NCBI GenBank assembly: GCA_040881175.1 | Contig: JBBEDS010000014.1 | Location: forward strand, 23,174-87,173 | DNA length: 64,000 nt | DNA from: Minisyncoccota bacterium | Lineage (GTDB): Bacteria; Patescibacteriota; Minisyncoccia; 2-02-FULL-40-12; IGHO2-01-FULL-4-A | Reading direction: 5' to 3' | Part shown: positions 46,845 to 55,092 of the stretch, piece by piece | Layout: each line of letters opens with the position of its first letter | Position numbering within the stretch: the first letter of the stretch is position 1 | The notes under the pieces: generated by a model | The model's database searches: none | What the model saw: the letters and a program-made list of their open reading frames with translations, nothing else | What the model was told of the DNA's origin: nothing | Position numbers and translations under genes: made by a program

Positions 46845-49505
46845 TTAGCGCTGGGCAAAGTTGAATTTATCTTTATTTGAACGAAACTTTTTAACTACTG
46901 CCCATGCCTCACGTTGTCTGAATATTCCAGTTTTAGTATACCCCATATATACGAAGGTAACTAACGCACTAAGGAACAGTGAGAGCATTAAGCTGCCAGT
47001 TGTACCCGTAGATACACCAGCCACTCTGGCTATAGATGCGCCGGCTACTTGCGGGTTATTTGTCGTGGTAGATGTGCCAACATTGTTGGACACCGTTATG
47101 GGCATACTGGAGGTCGTCAGGGAGGAGTTGCTGGATCTTGCCTGAGCCACATTGGTAAATGTGGTCGTTCCAACAGGAAGCGCCGAGGATTGATTAACGG
47201 TTGCGTTAAGTTTTATGACAACCTCTTGGAATTGGAACAGGGAGCCTACGTTAAGACCGCCGCTATTAGTTATTCCGTCGGACCTTATGCTGCCGTTAAC
47301 ACTAGTTGTTCTGCTTATGTAGCTGAAACCTCCGGGCAAAAAGTCGTTAACTATTACATTATCAGCCCTTGTCGAGGAATTTGATCTAACCCTGATTACA
47401 AATTCAAGGGTGTCTCCGGGAGAGGCGGTTAAACTTGACTGCTCAACGTTGTCGCCTCGAGTAATATTTTTACCAAGTTTTTGAATAGATATCTGCGACA
47501 AAGGGTCATTGTTTGTGATTACGGTTGTTATGCTGTCTCGGGGTACATATACTATGGCCTGATCGGATACACTGGAGGTGTTAGATGAAGTGGCTCTAAA
47601 ATCTACGAAAGAGTTTGATCCGATAAAGTTTAAGAATAGCTGGTTGGGTACGGTAATTCTATACTTGATAGTCACGGAATTGCCAGGATTAATATTGCCC
47701 AAGTATATTCCTCCAGAAGATAAGATACTTCCAGAGTAAGACGATCCGTTTACAGTGGTGGAGTCATTAAAGTTTAGTCCGCTAGGCAAGAAGCTGGAAA
47801 CTCGTACGTCGGTCAAAGTAGAGTTGCCGCTTGTACCTAAGTAAGCAACCAGCTCCACGGTATCCCCAGGGAAAGCCTGTACTGTCTTGCTCTCGGAACC
47901 GCCACGACTCAAATTTCTGCCGTAGGCGTTTATATTCATAGACCTGAAGTCTCCAGTTGGAGTGGGTGTGGGATTTGGTGTCGGATTTGGTGTTGGATTC
48001 GGGGTAGGATTTGGAGTAGGTGTTGGTGACGGGTATATGCCAACTACAGTTGTATATGCTGAGACAACAAAGTTAACACAATTTCCATTGATGCACTTCG
48101 TGCCGGTCGCATTATTGGCCAGTATGGCTATTGGGGAAACGTCGTTGTTTATCCTGACCACGTATCTAAAGGTTTGAGGAGAGTTGGAATTTACAAATCT
48201 ATTTGACCAGGTGATTGTGTTTCCATTCACACTCCCGGAATTATTAAGGAAGTGGCTAAATGTCACGCCGTTCGGCAGTTGGTCTATGAGGTGGTTCAAC
48301 TCGAATGCATCCTGGTATCCTGGGACGGCAATCGTGTAGGTTATCTGATCTCCAACCAAAGCGACTGCTTTGTCGGCAGTTTTTGAGATACCACTAACAC
48401 TTACAACTGGTGTTGAGGTAGGGTTTGGAGTAGGGAATGGGGTCGGATTCGGTGTAGGGTAGGGTGTTGGGTTCGGGGTGGGTGATGAGCAATTTACGAC
48501 ATTGAAGTTTACCGTCTTGCTTATGTGGCCTATAGTAGCTGTTTTGGTCCAAGCACCAACGTCCGCTGATTTCCAAATGTATCCTTTGTCGCTCCAATAT
48601 CCGTTATTTACGAATTGGTTATAGCCAGACAACTTTTCTCCGGTAGAGCTTCCATTCCTAGTAGAAGACCAGAAGATCATCTTGCCGTTCAAGTCTGAGG
48701 ATGCATTGGAAACTGTATATGTAGATTGCGAACCAACGCAGACCGTCTGCGGATTAATCGAGAGATTAAATGAAGAGACCGTTGGTGTTGGTGTAGGAGT
48801 CGGGGTTGCTGCCGGCGGGCAGTATAGGTTAGAAGGCACGACTACCCAGACGTCATAGAGGTTTTTACTACCTCCATTTGAAATATCCCAAAGAGTAAAT
48901 CTGTAGTTCTTGCCACGATGCAACCAGGGCGTTTCGCCATCGCCGTTATTATGCAAAGCAAAAGTTTTTTCTATAAAAGTATCGGGGTCTCTGACAGTTA
49001 CCTTCGTCTTGTCTACATTTTGGGTGGTCCACTTGATAGTGGTATTGAACAAACATTGGCCAGGCAAGCGAGAGATGGAGCCGTCTTGCCAAATTTTACC
49101 GCTGGCGGAGGGAGAGGGGCAGACAATACTTTCAAGCTCAATCCAGGTATCGGAGAGCTTATCTTGCTTCCCATTCGAAACATCCCAGAGAGTAAAACGG
49201 TAGTTCTTACCAGGATGCAGCCATGGTGTTTCGCCTGTGCCATTGTTGTGCATGGCAAAAACCTTTTCTTGATTAGTGTCTGGATCTCTGACTGTGACCT
49301 TGGCTTGGTCTACATTCTGTGTGGACCAGCCTACTCTGCTGGTGTACAGACATTGATTCCCGATCTTCTCTACCAAGCTATCTTTCCATATTTGACCTGA
49401 GGGGGGTTGCGAGTTAGCAAAAACTGAACCGCCGAAAATGATTCCGGTGGTTATGACCGAGGTTACTAAGAATACTGCCAAAAAGATTCTTTTGTTCTTA
49501 TTCAT
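46845..49505 (-). CDS. large secreted surface protein (886 aa) with tandem about 95-aa N-terminal repeats, PT-rich linkers, DUF11-like repeat domains and C-terminal hydrophobic anchor
   Basis: Signal peptide; repeat unit WKDSLVEKIGNQCLY...VTVRDPDT..KVFAMHNNGTGETPWLHPGKNYRFTLWD present twice; (PTPN)n linkers; C-terminal GVSTGTTGSLMLSLFLSALVTFVYMGY + basic tail. Confidence 0.7.
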   Translation of the reverse strand: MNKNKRIFLAVFLVTSVITTGIIFGGSVFANSQPPSGQIWKDSLVEKIGNQCLYTSRVGWSTQNVDQAKVTVRDPDTNQEKVFAMHNNGTGETPWLHPGKNYRFTLWDVSNGKQDKLSDTWIELESIVCPSPSASGKIWQDGSISRLPGQCLFNTTIKWTTQNVDKTKVTVRDPDTFIEKTFALHNNGDGETPWLHRGKNYRFTLWDISNGGSKNLYDVWVVVPSNLYCPPAATPTPTPTPTVSSFNLSINPQTVCVGSQSTYTVSNASSDLNGKMIFWSSTRNGSSTGEKLSGYNQFVNNGYWSDKGYIWKSADVGAWTKTATIGHISKTVNFNVVNCSSPTPNPTPYPTPNPTPFPTPNPTSTPVVSVSGISKTADKAVALVGDQITYTIAVPGYQDAFELNHLIDQLPNGVTFSHFLNNSGSVNGNTITWSNRFVNSNSPQTFRYVVRINNDVSPIAILANNATGTKCINGNCVNFVVSAYTTVVGIYPSPTPTPNPTPNPTPNPTPNPTPTPTGDFRSMNINAYGRNLSRGGSESKTVQAFPGDTVELVAYLGTSGNSTLTDVRVSSFLPSGLNFNDSTTVNGSSYSGSILSSGGIYLGNINPGNSVTIKYRITVPNQLFLNFIGSNSFVDFRATSSNTSSVSDQAIVYVPRDSITTVITNNDPLSQISIQKLGKNITRGDNVEQSSLTASPGDTLEFVIRVRSNSSTRADNVIVNDFLPGGFSYISRTTSVNGSIRSDGITNSGGLNVGSLFQFQEVVIKLNATVNQSSALPVGTTTFTNVAQARSSNSSLTTSSMPITVSNNVGTSTTTNNPQVAGASIARVAGVSTGTTGSLMLSLFLSALVTFVYMGYTKTGIFRQREAWAVVKKFRSNKDKFNFAQR
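47955..48035. repeat. 12-nt periodic coding tandem repeat (GGATTTGGTGTC-like x about 6) encoding PNPT linker
   Basis: seen directly; second similar tract at 48421-48480. Confidence 0.6.
48840..49420. repeat. tandem about 290-nt intragenic duplication (about 80% identity) encoding the two N-terminal repeat domains of the surface protein
   Basis: protein-level duplication residues about 30-125 vs 130-222; corresponding DNA segments visibly similar. Confidence 0.5.
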
Positions 49506-49608
49506 AAGTGTTTATTGGTGAAAATAAAATAGCTTTATAAGCCATTTCGGATGGTATTATAATACCAGCATTTCTATATAAAGTCAAGAATTACGCAATT
49601 TTACCTAG

Positions 49609-49680
49609 TACCCCTGGAGGGAATCGAACCCCCATTCCTGGTTCCGAAGACCAGTGCTTTATCCTTTAAGCTACAGGGGC
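49609..49680 (-). tRNA. tRNA-Arg (anticodon TCG)
   Basis: Reverse strand: acceptor GCCCCTG/CAGGGGT, anticodon stem-loop CTGGT-CTTCGGA-ACCAG, T-loop GGTTCGATTCC. Confidence 0.8.
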
Positions 49681-49741
49681 GCTCAAAGACTGAACAAAAA
49701 TTAACAAAAATCCTGCCTTTAGGCAAGATTTTTGTCTGTCT

Positions 49742-50323
49742 TTAAGACTCCAGAATCTGTATTTTTACAGTTCTAATACCGAATTCAAGAGCACTTTCAC
49801 GATCTGGGAACCAGATATCTATCTTGTGCCAGTATCTGCGGTTCATACGGTCTTCAACAACGAAGATCTTATCACCGTAAATATCAGGAATTTTGATCTT
49901 AGTTCCGAAAGGCAAGAAGTTGGCAGCAATGATACCATCACGTACATATGTACCGCGAGCGGTAATAAACGGGGTATCGTCAGTCTGATCCGGAGTTGAG
50001 GAATAAGCGGTAGCAGGAATAGTCATCTCCCTAATGGTTATAACCTCTTTCTCCGTAGCAACCGGGGCAGTATATGGCAATATGAAGCCCTTGGCAGCTA
50101 CTATAGGGTTCAGGGTATTACCAGAAGTGCTTATCTCCGGCAAACGTAGGTCTGGGCCGACATAGCTAGCGTTGGAATCTGCCGTTTCAGAAGCATCCTT
50201 ATTAGACCCCCTAAACCAGTCAAAAAATCCGGCATTTGCATTCGATGTTGGAGCAATTTGGGCTATAATTACAAGCAGTAAAATGGCCGTAATTTGCTTA
50301 ATTTTCATAGTGTTTTTGTTCAT
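49742..50323 (-). CDS. 3D-domain (YuiC/MltA-like) cell-wall-associated protein
   Basis: Signal peptide; TAYSSTPDQTDDTPFITARGTYVRDGIIAANFLPFGTKIKIPDIYGDKIFVVEDRM matches 3D domain. Confidence 0.7.
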   Translation of the reverse strand: MNKNTMKIKQITAILLLVIIAQIAPTSNANAGFFDWFRGSNKDASETADSNASYVGPDLRLPEISTSGNTLNPIVAAKGFILPYTAPVATEKEVITIREMTIPATAYSSTPDQTDDTPFITARGTYVRDGIIAANFLPFGTKIKIPDIYGDKIFVVEDRMNRRYWHKIDIWFPDRESALEFGIRTVKIQILES

Positions 50324-50437
50324 ATTTACAATAAAAAACAGCCTATTTGGCTATTTCTAATAAAAAAGCCCGCCATAGCGGACCCATACCTTATTAACCT
50401 TATTGTGCTTCAATCATATCAGATTGAGGTTCAAAAG

Positions 50438-50947
50438 TCAACCCCCATTGGGAAGGGTCAAATCTGACTTTTTTCTGAATGGCCAGAACTTTTTTAGCAT
50501 TCTAATGCCCGGCTTAAGGGTAATAATTAAGAGAAACAGGCCTATGCTGATGTTCAGTCCGTCATAACTCCACCTTACTGGTTCATCGTCGCTTAATTTG
50601 AGCCACATTCCAAATTCGTCCATCGCTAGTCCGAAGCCGAAACCTAGTAGCATAGCTATCCAGAATTTTGCACGGGCCTGTTTAACGGCTAGGCCAAGAA
50701 AGCCAGCGATGAACAAGATAAAGAAACCATAGGTGAAGTGATGGACATGAAGGCCGGGAGACGGTTCAAGATAAATCGGTGGTATATGTCCGTAGGTGAT
50801 TAGGTAGCCTATTAGCCTGGAGCCTATAAAGGTCAGGATGAAAGAAAAGACGATAGGGAAAAGCAGAGATATGTACAAGCCAGGATCTCCGGTTTCAACC
50901 TTGCGGTGGATGCTTGATTTCATCCTGTTAACTATTGCTATAAACAT
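50438..50947 (-). CDS. hypothetical polytopic membrane protein (169 aa)
   Basis: ORF track; 4-5 hydrophobic helices. Confidence 0.45.
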   Translation of the reverse strand: MFIAIVNRMKSSIHRKVETGDPGLYISLLFPIVFSFILTFIGSRLIGYLITYGHIPPIYLEPSPGLHVHHFTYGFFILFIAGFLGLAVKQARAKFWIAMLLGFGFGLAMDEFGMWLKLSDDEPVRWSYDGLNISIGLFLLIITLKPGIRMLKKFWPFRKKSDLTLPNGG

Positions 50948-50962
50948 TTGTGCGAAAGAGAG

Positions 50963-51301
50963 CTAGACGTCCTTCCTCCTGACTTCACGCCAGTGGTAGA
51001 GGTAGACGGGAATGCCGATTATTAAGAAAGCAACTGCCTGAGCGGCATCTCTTTGTCTTTGTGAGGAGCGATATTCTTTATCTTGTTCTTCCTGATTTTT
51101 TATCTCTTCTTCTGTCTGCTCAACTACCTCGCCATCCTTATCAATCGAGGGCACGGGGCCTCGGTAGAAAACAGGAGCATCGGCCTTAGTGAAAACATAG
51201 GTCTTTAAACCCAAGTTAACTAGACTTACACCACCGATAATGACCAGTACTAATCCGACCGTGGAGAAAATATACAGATATATCATTCGTAATTTTGACA
51301 T
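50963..51301 (-). CDS. hypothetical membrane protein (112 aa, 2 TM)
   Basis: ORF track. Confidence 0.45.
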   Translation of the reverse strand: MSKLRMIYLYIFSTVGLVLVIIGGVSLVNLGLKTYVFTKADAPVFYRGPVPSIDKDGEVVEQTEEEIKNQEEQDKEYRSSQRQRDAAQAVAFLIIGIPVYLYHWREVRRKDV

Positions 51302-51346
51302 AGTGTTTTTTTACCGAAAATTAAATAATAAAAATTACTGAAATCT

Positions 51347-51421
51347 TGGAGCGGGTAACGGGATTCGAACCCGTGTTAGCTGATTGGCAACCAGCTGTAA
51401 TAGCCATTATACGATACCCGC
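51347..51421 (-). tRNA. tRNA-Gly (anticodon GCC), CCA encoded
   Basis: Reverse strand GCGGGTA...anticodon loop TTGCCAA...GGTTCGAATCC...TACCCGC-T-CCA. Confidence 0.9.
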
Positions 51422-51442
51422 AGTTTGGTCATTATCACATTT

Positions 51443-52180
51443 TTAGACCTTTTTTTCAAGACTAAAGGCGTGAGATCGGAGATGGTCCTGGTATAGTTCA
51501 ATCCACTTTAGCACACGTTCTTTTAAGGCGCGGCTGCTTACTACGACAGTACAAACTCCATAAGAAAGTCTCTTTGTAGGATGGCGACCTTTTATGTAAA
51601 TTGACTTTTTAAATCTTTCCTGTGGGATTCCGGTAGTCTTGCTCCAAAAGTTTTTTTGAACGGAGTCGACTAAGTCCGGATAAAGTAAAAGCCAGGCGAA
51701 TATTTTGTCAGACTCTATGTTTAGTACATTTTTTAAAAAGAGATAGAAGATTTTTATCATCTCCGGTTCACTATTCCCGAGTCTTACCTGACTTGATTTT
51801 TTTTGTTTCTCGCCCTCTCCCCAGTAGAGCATTAACCCGGCCAGGAATAGGGGATCGTTTTTTAGTTCTGCAAACTCTTTTATAGCAGCTTCTCGATATT
51901 CTTCGTGCTTAATTCTCCAGCGTTCTCTGTTTGCTCGGGACATTAACTCTAACTGTTTGGGGTTAGACAAAGACACCTCTTTGGACAACCGGTTTTTAAT
52001 CTCTTGAGACCAGGGTTCGTTCTTAAACCAGCCAGCAAGTGTGCTGGTAGGAATTCCCAACTCTTTGTAGATTTTTTTATAACTTGTGCCTGCTCGGCGT
52101 AATTCTGTGGCTTTTTGCCTATCTTTTCTCATAAAGTGGATATTTCCGCAAACTCTTGTATCAATATATAGCTTTATCAT
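51443..52180 (-). CDS. HTH-domain protein of unknown function (possible degenerate LAGLIDADG-like / mobile-element relic)
   Basis: Start set at MIKLYIDTR (track ORF N-terminus overlaps tRNA-Phe); N-terminal transposase/resolvase-type HTH (ELRRAGTSYKKIYKELGIPTSTLAGWF); FLAGLMLYWGEGEK motif faintly resembling LAGLIDADG. Confidence 0.45.
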   Translation of the reverse strand: MIKLYIDTRVCGNIHFMRKDRQKATELRRAGTSYKKIYKELGIPTSTLAGWFKNEPWSQEIKNRLSKEVSLSNPKQLELMSRANRERWRIKHEEYREAAIKEFAELKNDPLFLAGLMLYWGEGEKQKKSSQVRLGNSEPEMIKIFYLFLKNVLNIESDKIFAWLLLYPDLVDSVQKNFWSKTTGIPQERFKKSIYIKGRHPTKRLSYGVCTVVVSSRALKERVLKWIELYQDHLRSHAFSLEKKV

Positions 52181-52223
52181 AACACGGGGTTCGGTTTTTG
52201 TGGTTAAAGCTGTGGATAATACA

Positions 52224-52245
52224 AAACGGCCTTTAGGCCGTTTTG
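52224..52245. terminator. perfect hairpin CAAAACGGCC-TTTA-GGCCGTTTTG between HTH gene and tRNA-Phe
   Basis: seen directly. Confidence 0.45.
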
Positions 52246-52257
52246 TATTATAACGTG

Positions 52258-52329
52258 TGCCGCGGGGGTGAATCGAACACCCGACGCCATCCTCTTCAGG
52301 GATGCGCTCTACCACTGAGCTACCGCGGC
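52258..52329 (-). tRNA. tRNA-Phe (anticodon GAA)
   Basis: Reverse strand GCCGCGG-TA-GCTCAGTGGTAGAGC...CTGAAGA...GGTGTTCGATTCACC...CCGCGGC-A. Confidence 0.9.
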
Positions 52330-52440
52330 TTAATTGTTAATCTAAAAATTATATCAGAATTGATTGACTTTTCAATGGACAGGGGCATATAATGCGGGCA
52401 AATAAGATGCTTAAAATATTCAGCTAAAGCGAGGTGGCAA

Positions 52441-53055
52441 ATGGGTAGACGGAGAAAAAATAACCCTGAACGTATCGCTGAGGAAGGGCTAATCCTACGT
52501 TGCCAGAGGGGTGACGAAGACGCCTTTGCTGAGCTTGTTGAGCGATACAGCTCTAAAGTAACCGCAACCGTGCGAGGTATTATCAGGAGATCTAATGACG
52601 TAGAAGACCTTGTGCAGCAGGTATTTACTAAAGCGTGTCTCTCTATTAAGCGTTTCAGGCTCGACTCCTCGTTTGCTACTTGGATACACAGGATAACGGT
52701 CAACGAGTGTTACGACCATCTGCGAAAAAAGAAAGTTCGTAAGCTAACTTATGAGTGTGATCTCGCCGAAGATGATGCGAGAACAGTTGATTGCTTTCCT
52801 GATAGTAGTCCATCAGTTGATGCCCGTATGAGAAACCACAGGTACGTAGCTAGATTGTTATCAAGGGTATCTGCAGAAGACCGCGGCCTCCTAATTCAAA
52901 AAGAAGTCGAGGGCTTCTCAATAGAGGAGCTGTCCGGCATGACCGGCCTAAAAGAGAATACTATCAAGGTCAGATTATTCCGTGCCCGCCAGAAGATGAT
53001 AAAAGCGGCCGCCGGAAGAAATGTATACACGGGCTGTCTTGCAGCCTGCGCCTAA
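52441..53055 (+). CDS. ECF-type RNA polymerase sigma-70 factor
   Basis: Region 2 (EDLVQQVFTKA...FATWIHRITVNECYDHLRKK) and region 4 HTH (IEELSGMTGLKENTIKVRLFRARQKM); GC about 50%, above local 40%. Confidence 0.8.
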   Translation: MGRRRKNNPERIAEEGLILRCQRGDEDAFAELVERYSSKVTATVRGIIRRSNDVEDLVQQVFTKACLSIKRFRLDSSFATWIHRITVNECYDHLRKKKVRKLTYECDLAEDDARTVDCFPDSSPSVDARMRNHRYVARLLSRVSAEDRGLLIQKEVEGFSIEELSGMTGLKENTIKVRLFRARQKMIKAAAGRNVYTGCLAACA

Positions 53056-53060
53056 GATTC

Positions 53061-53083
53061 GCCAGCCAAAAGGCTGGTTTTTT
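53061..53083 (+). terminator. rho-independent terminator after sigma factor
   Basis: GCCAGCCAAAAGGCTGGTTTTTT. Confidence 0.65.
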
Positions 53084-53084
53084 G

Positions 53085-53156
53085 TGGGCGGTATAGGATT
53101 CGAACCTATGGCCCTCTCAACGTCAATGAGATGCTCTACCACTGAGCTAACCGCCC
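53085..53156 (-). tRNA. tRNA-Val (anticodon GAC)
   Basis: Reverse strand GGGCGGT-TA-GCTCAGTGGTAGAGC-A-TCTCA-TTGACGT-TGAGA...GGTTCGAATCC...ACCGCCC. Confidence 0.9.
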
Positions 53157-53175
53157 GGGCACTACCTAGTAAATG

Positions 53176-53259
53176 TGCGGACGAGAGGATTCGAACCTCC
53201 AAGCCCTTGCGAGCACTACCACCTCAAGGTAGCGTGTCTGCCAGTTCCACCACGTCCGC
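53176..53259 (-). tRNA. tRNA-Leu (anticodon GAG), class II with long variable arm
   Basis: Reverse strand GCGGACG...CTACC-TTGAGGT-GGTAG-long variable arm-GGAGGTTCGAATCCTCT-CGTCCGC-A. Confidence 0.85.
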
Positions 53260-53270
53260 CCATGCCGAAT

Positions 53271-53738
53271 TTATTTTTCAGGTTCTTGAGTCGGAGTTTC
53301 TTCCACGGAATTATTTACAGTTTCTTCGGCTGATTTTTCTGCATTCTCCATCTTCGATTCCTCAGAAGCCATTGCGGCCAGGGTGCTGTTCTCAACAATT
53401 TTTGTCTTCTTGCGAGTTTCACGAGTGGTTTTGCCGCGGAGGTAGTAGAGCTTTGCTCGGCGTACTTTAGATTCCCTGACTATTTCAAATTTCTCAATTG
53501 TTGGCATGTGTAGGGGGAATACTCTTTCTACGCCGATACCATTAGATATCTTGCGGACTGTGATAGTTCCATTTGGTCCGGTACCGTGCTTTCTAGCTAT
53601 AACCAAACCTTCAAAAATCTGAGTCCTTGTTTTGGTTCCATCTTTGATTTTCTGGTGCACCCTTAAAGTCAAACCCGGCTTGATTTCGGGCAAGTTCTTA
53701 AGGTTTTGTCTTGAGTTGAAGTGTGTGATCGTATCCAT
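53271..53738 (-). CDS. rplS: 50S ribosomal protein L19 with acidic C-terminal extension
   Basis: [40 protein letters not shown]...[10 protein letters not shown] matches L19. Confidence 0.85.
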   Translation of the reverse strand: MDTITHFNSRQNLKNLPEIKPGLTLRVHQKIKDGTKTRTQIFEGLVIARKHGTGPNGTITVRKISNGIGVERVFPLHMPTIEKFEIVRESKVRRAKLYYLRGKTTRETRKKTKIVENSTLAAMASEESKMENAEKSAEETVNNSVEETPTQEPEK

Positions 53739-53764
53739 AATTGTTTGGTTATTCTAATACAAGA

Positions 53765-54475
53765 TTAGCTTTTAGGCAAGGTTTTAAGGAATTCGCTTAA
53801 CTCAGGCGAAAGATCAGTCTCTATGGTTAGAGATTCTCCAGAGGGGGAGGTGAATGACAGTTTTTTGGCATGAAGAAAAAGCCGGCCAAGCTCAGGAGGA
53901 CATGTCATACTTTTTGAACGGTAAAGACGGTCGCAAACCACGGTATGCCCTATATACTTCATATGCAATCTTATCTGATGAGTCCTGCCGGTTATTGGCG
54001 TAGCCTCAACGAGGGTATAGTCTTCATATCTCTCTAGAACCTTATAGTCGGTAACTGCCTCTTGTCCCTTGAGTATCCGCTTCCCCAACATACGAGTGGT
54101 TCGGAGTACTCCTAAACGTGCGACTGGGGTATCTACCGTGCCCTCGTTATTCTTTACCTTTCCATAGACCAGAGCGACGTATGTTTTTTTGATATCCCTG
54201 CTCTTGAACAGGTTCTTAAAATATTCAAAACTTTCTGGAGTTTTAGCCAAAATTAAAAGACCAGAGGTTTCTCTATCTAAACGATGAACCACTCCTGGCC
54301 TAAGAGGATCAGTGCCCACACTTTTCGCTGACGGGTATTTTTTGACCAACCATTCGGTTACACTCTCTTGGTGATCAAACTCATTTTTTGGATGAGTGAT
54401 CAGGCCTGATGGCTTGTTGATTATGACGAAGTCATTGTCCTCATAGACGACGGACACCTCATTGATTTTAGACAT
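53765..54475 (-). CDS. RluA-family pseudouridine synthase
   Basis: HRLDRETSGLLILAKT catalytic Asp motif, KTYVALVYG. Confidence 0.85.
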   Translation of the reverse strand: MSKINEVSVVYEDNDFVIINKPSGLITHPKNEFDHQESVTEWLVKKYPSAKSVGTDPLRPGVVHRLDRETSGLLILAKTPESFEYFKNLFKSRDIKKTYVALVYGKVKNNEGTVDTPVARLGVLRTTRMLGKRILKGQEAVTDYKVLERYEDYTLVEATPITGRTHQIRLHMKYIGHTVVCDRLYRSKSMTCPPELGRLFLHAKKLSFTSPSGESLTIETDLSPELSEFLKTLPKS

Positions 54476-54481
54476 TATGTT

Positions 54482-54558
54482 TGGTGGGCGATGCAGGACT
54501 CGAACCTGCGGCCTTCTCGGTGTAAACGAGACGCTCTAGCCAACTGAGCTAATCGCCC
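54482..54558 (-). tRNA. tRNA-Val (anticodon TAC), CCA encoded
   Basis: Reverse strand GGGCGAT-TA-GCTCAGTTGGCTAGAGC-G-TCTCG-TTTACAC-CGAGA...GGTTCGAGTCC...ATCGCCC-A-CCA. Confidence 0.9.
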
Positions 54559-54570
54559 TATTAAGTTTCC

Positions 54571-54647
54571 TGGTGGGCGTGCCTGGACTCGAACCAGGGA
54601 CCCCGGACTTATAAGATCCGTGCTCTAACCAACTGAGCTACACGCCC
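54571..54647 (-). tRNA. tRNA-Ile2 (anticodon TAT, reads AUA), CCA encoded
   Basis: Reverse strand GGGCGTG-TA-GCTCAGTTGGTTAGAGC-A-CGGAT-CTTATAA-GTCCG-GGGTC-CCTGGTTCGAGTCCAGG-CACGCCC-A-CCA; positions 34-36 = TAT. Confidence 0.7.
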
Positions 54648-54696
54648 TATTTCTGGCATTATTTTATTGTTTTTTCACGTTTTCGTCAATCGGAAT

Positions 54697-54721
54697 GAAA
54701 AAGTCGGCGCTTCAGCCGACT
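54697..54721 (-). terminator. rho-independent terminator (minus strand) after Cys-rich small gene
   Basis: minus-strand AGTCGGCTGAAGCGCCGACT + TTTTT. Confidence 0.55.
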
Positions 54722-55017
54722 TAGAATCCGAGATGTTTTTCAAGAGTTTTTACGGTCTCATTACCGGTCAGGCAAGAATCGCAGATTCCGCCCACGGGGG
54801 TTGATTCGCTGAGAGAAGATAAAGCTTCAGAGATCCACCCGAGTGTAGGCCTTATCCTGAATAGCTTGCCCCCAACCGTGCGGTGCTCGGAATAGGTGCT
54901 TAAGTCGCAGTTGTTGACATCTGGGACGTCGCCTTCAAACATTTTCTGAGTTCTCTCTTCGTTGATGAGGTTTTCACACAGGGCGCATTTATAGACTTTT
55001 CGTTGGAGATTCTCCAT
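54721..55017 (-). CDS. hypothetical Cys-containing small protein (98 aa; CALCEN...CDSCLTG zinc-ribbon-like)
   Basis: ORF track; followed by terminator. Confidence 0.4.
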   Translation of the reverse strand: MENLQRKVYKCALCENLINEERTQKMFEGDVPDVNNCDLSTYSEHRTVGGKLFRIRPTLGWISEALSSLSESTPVGGICDSCLTGNETVKTLEKHLGF

Positions 55018-55092
55018 CTCTTGCCTCCTGAATTTGTTCGGGTGCTCACTTCAGTATATTTAATATTGGCTTGGCGTCAATTATTGAGGAAG

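Noticed and set aside
47955-48480. Short periodic DNA repeats that could be mistaken for a CRISPR array or minisatellite
   Set aside because: They are 12-nt period, in-frame, and encode (PNPT)n linkers inside the large surface-protein gene. There are no spacers and no leader.
52181-52315. N-terminal 45 residues of track ORF 51443-52315
   Set aside because: That stretch overlaps tRNA-Phe (52258-52329) and is its reverse translation. The start was reassigned to the Met at 52180.
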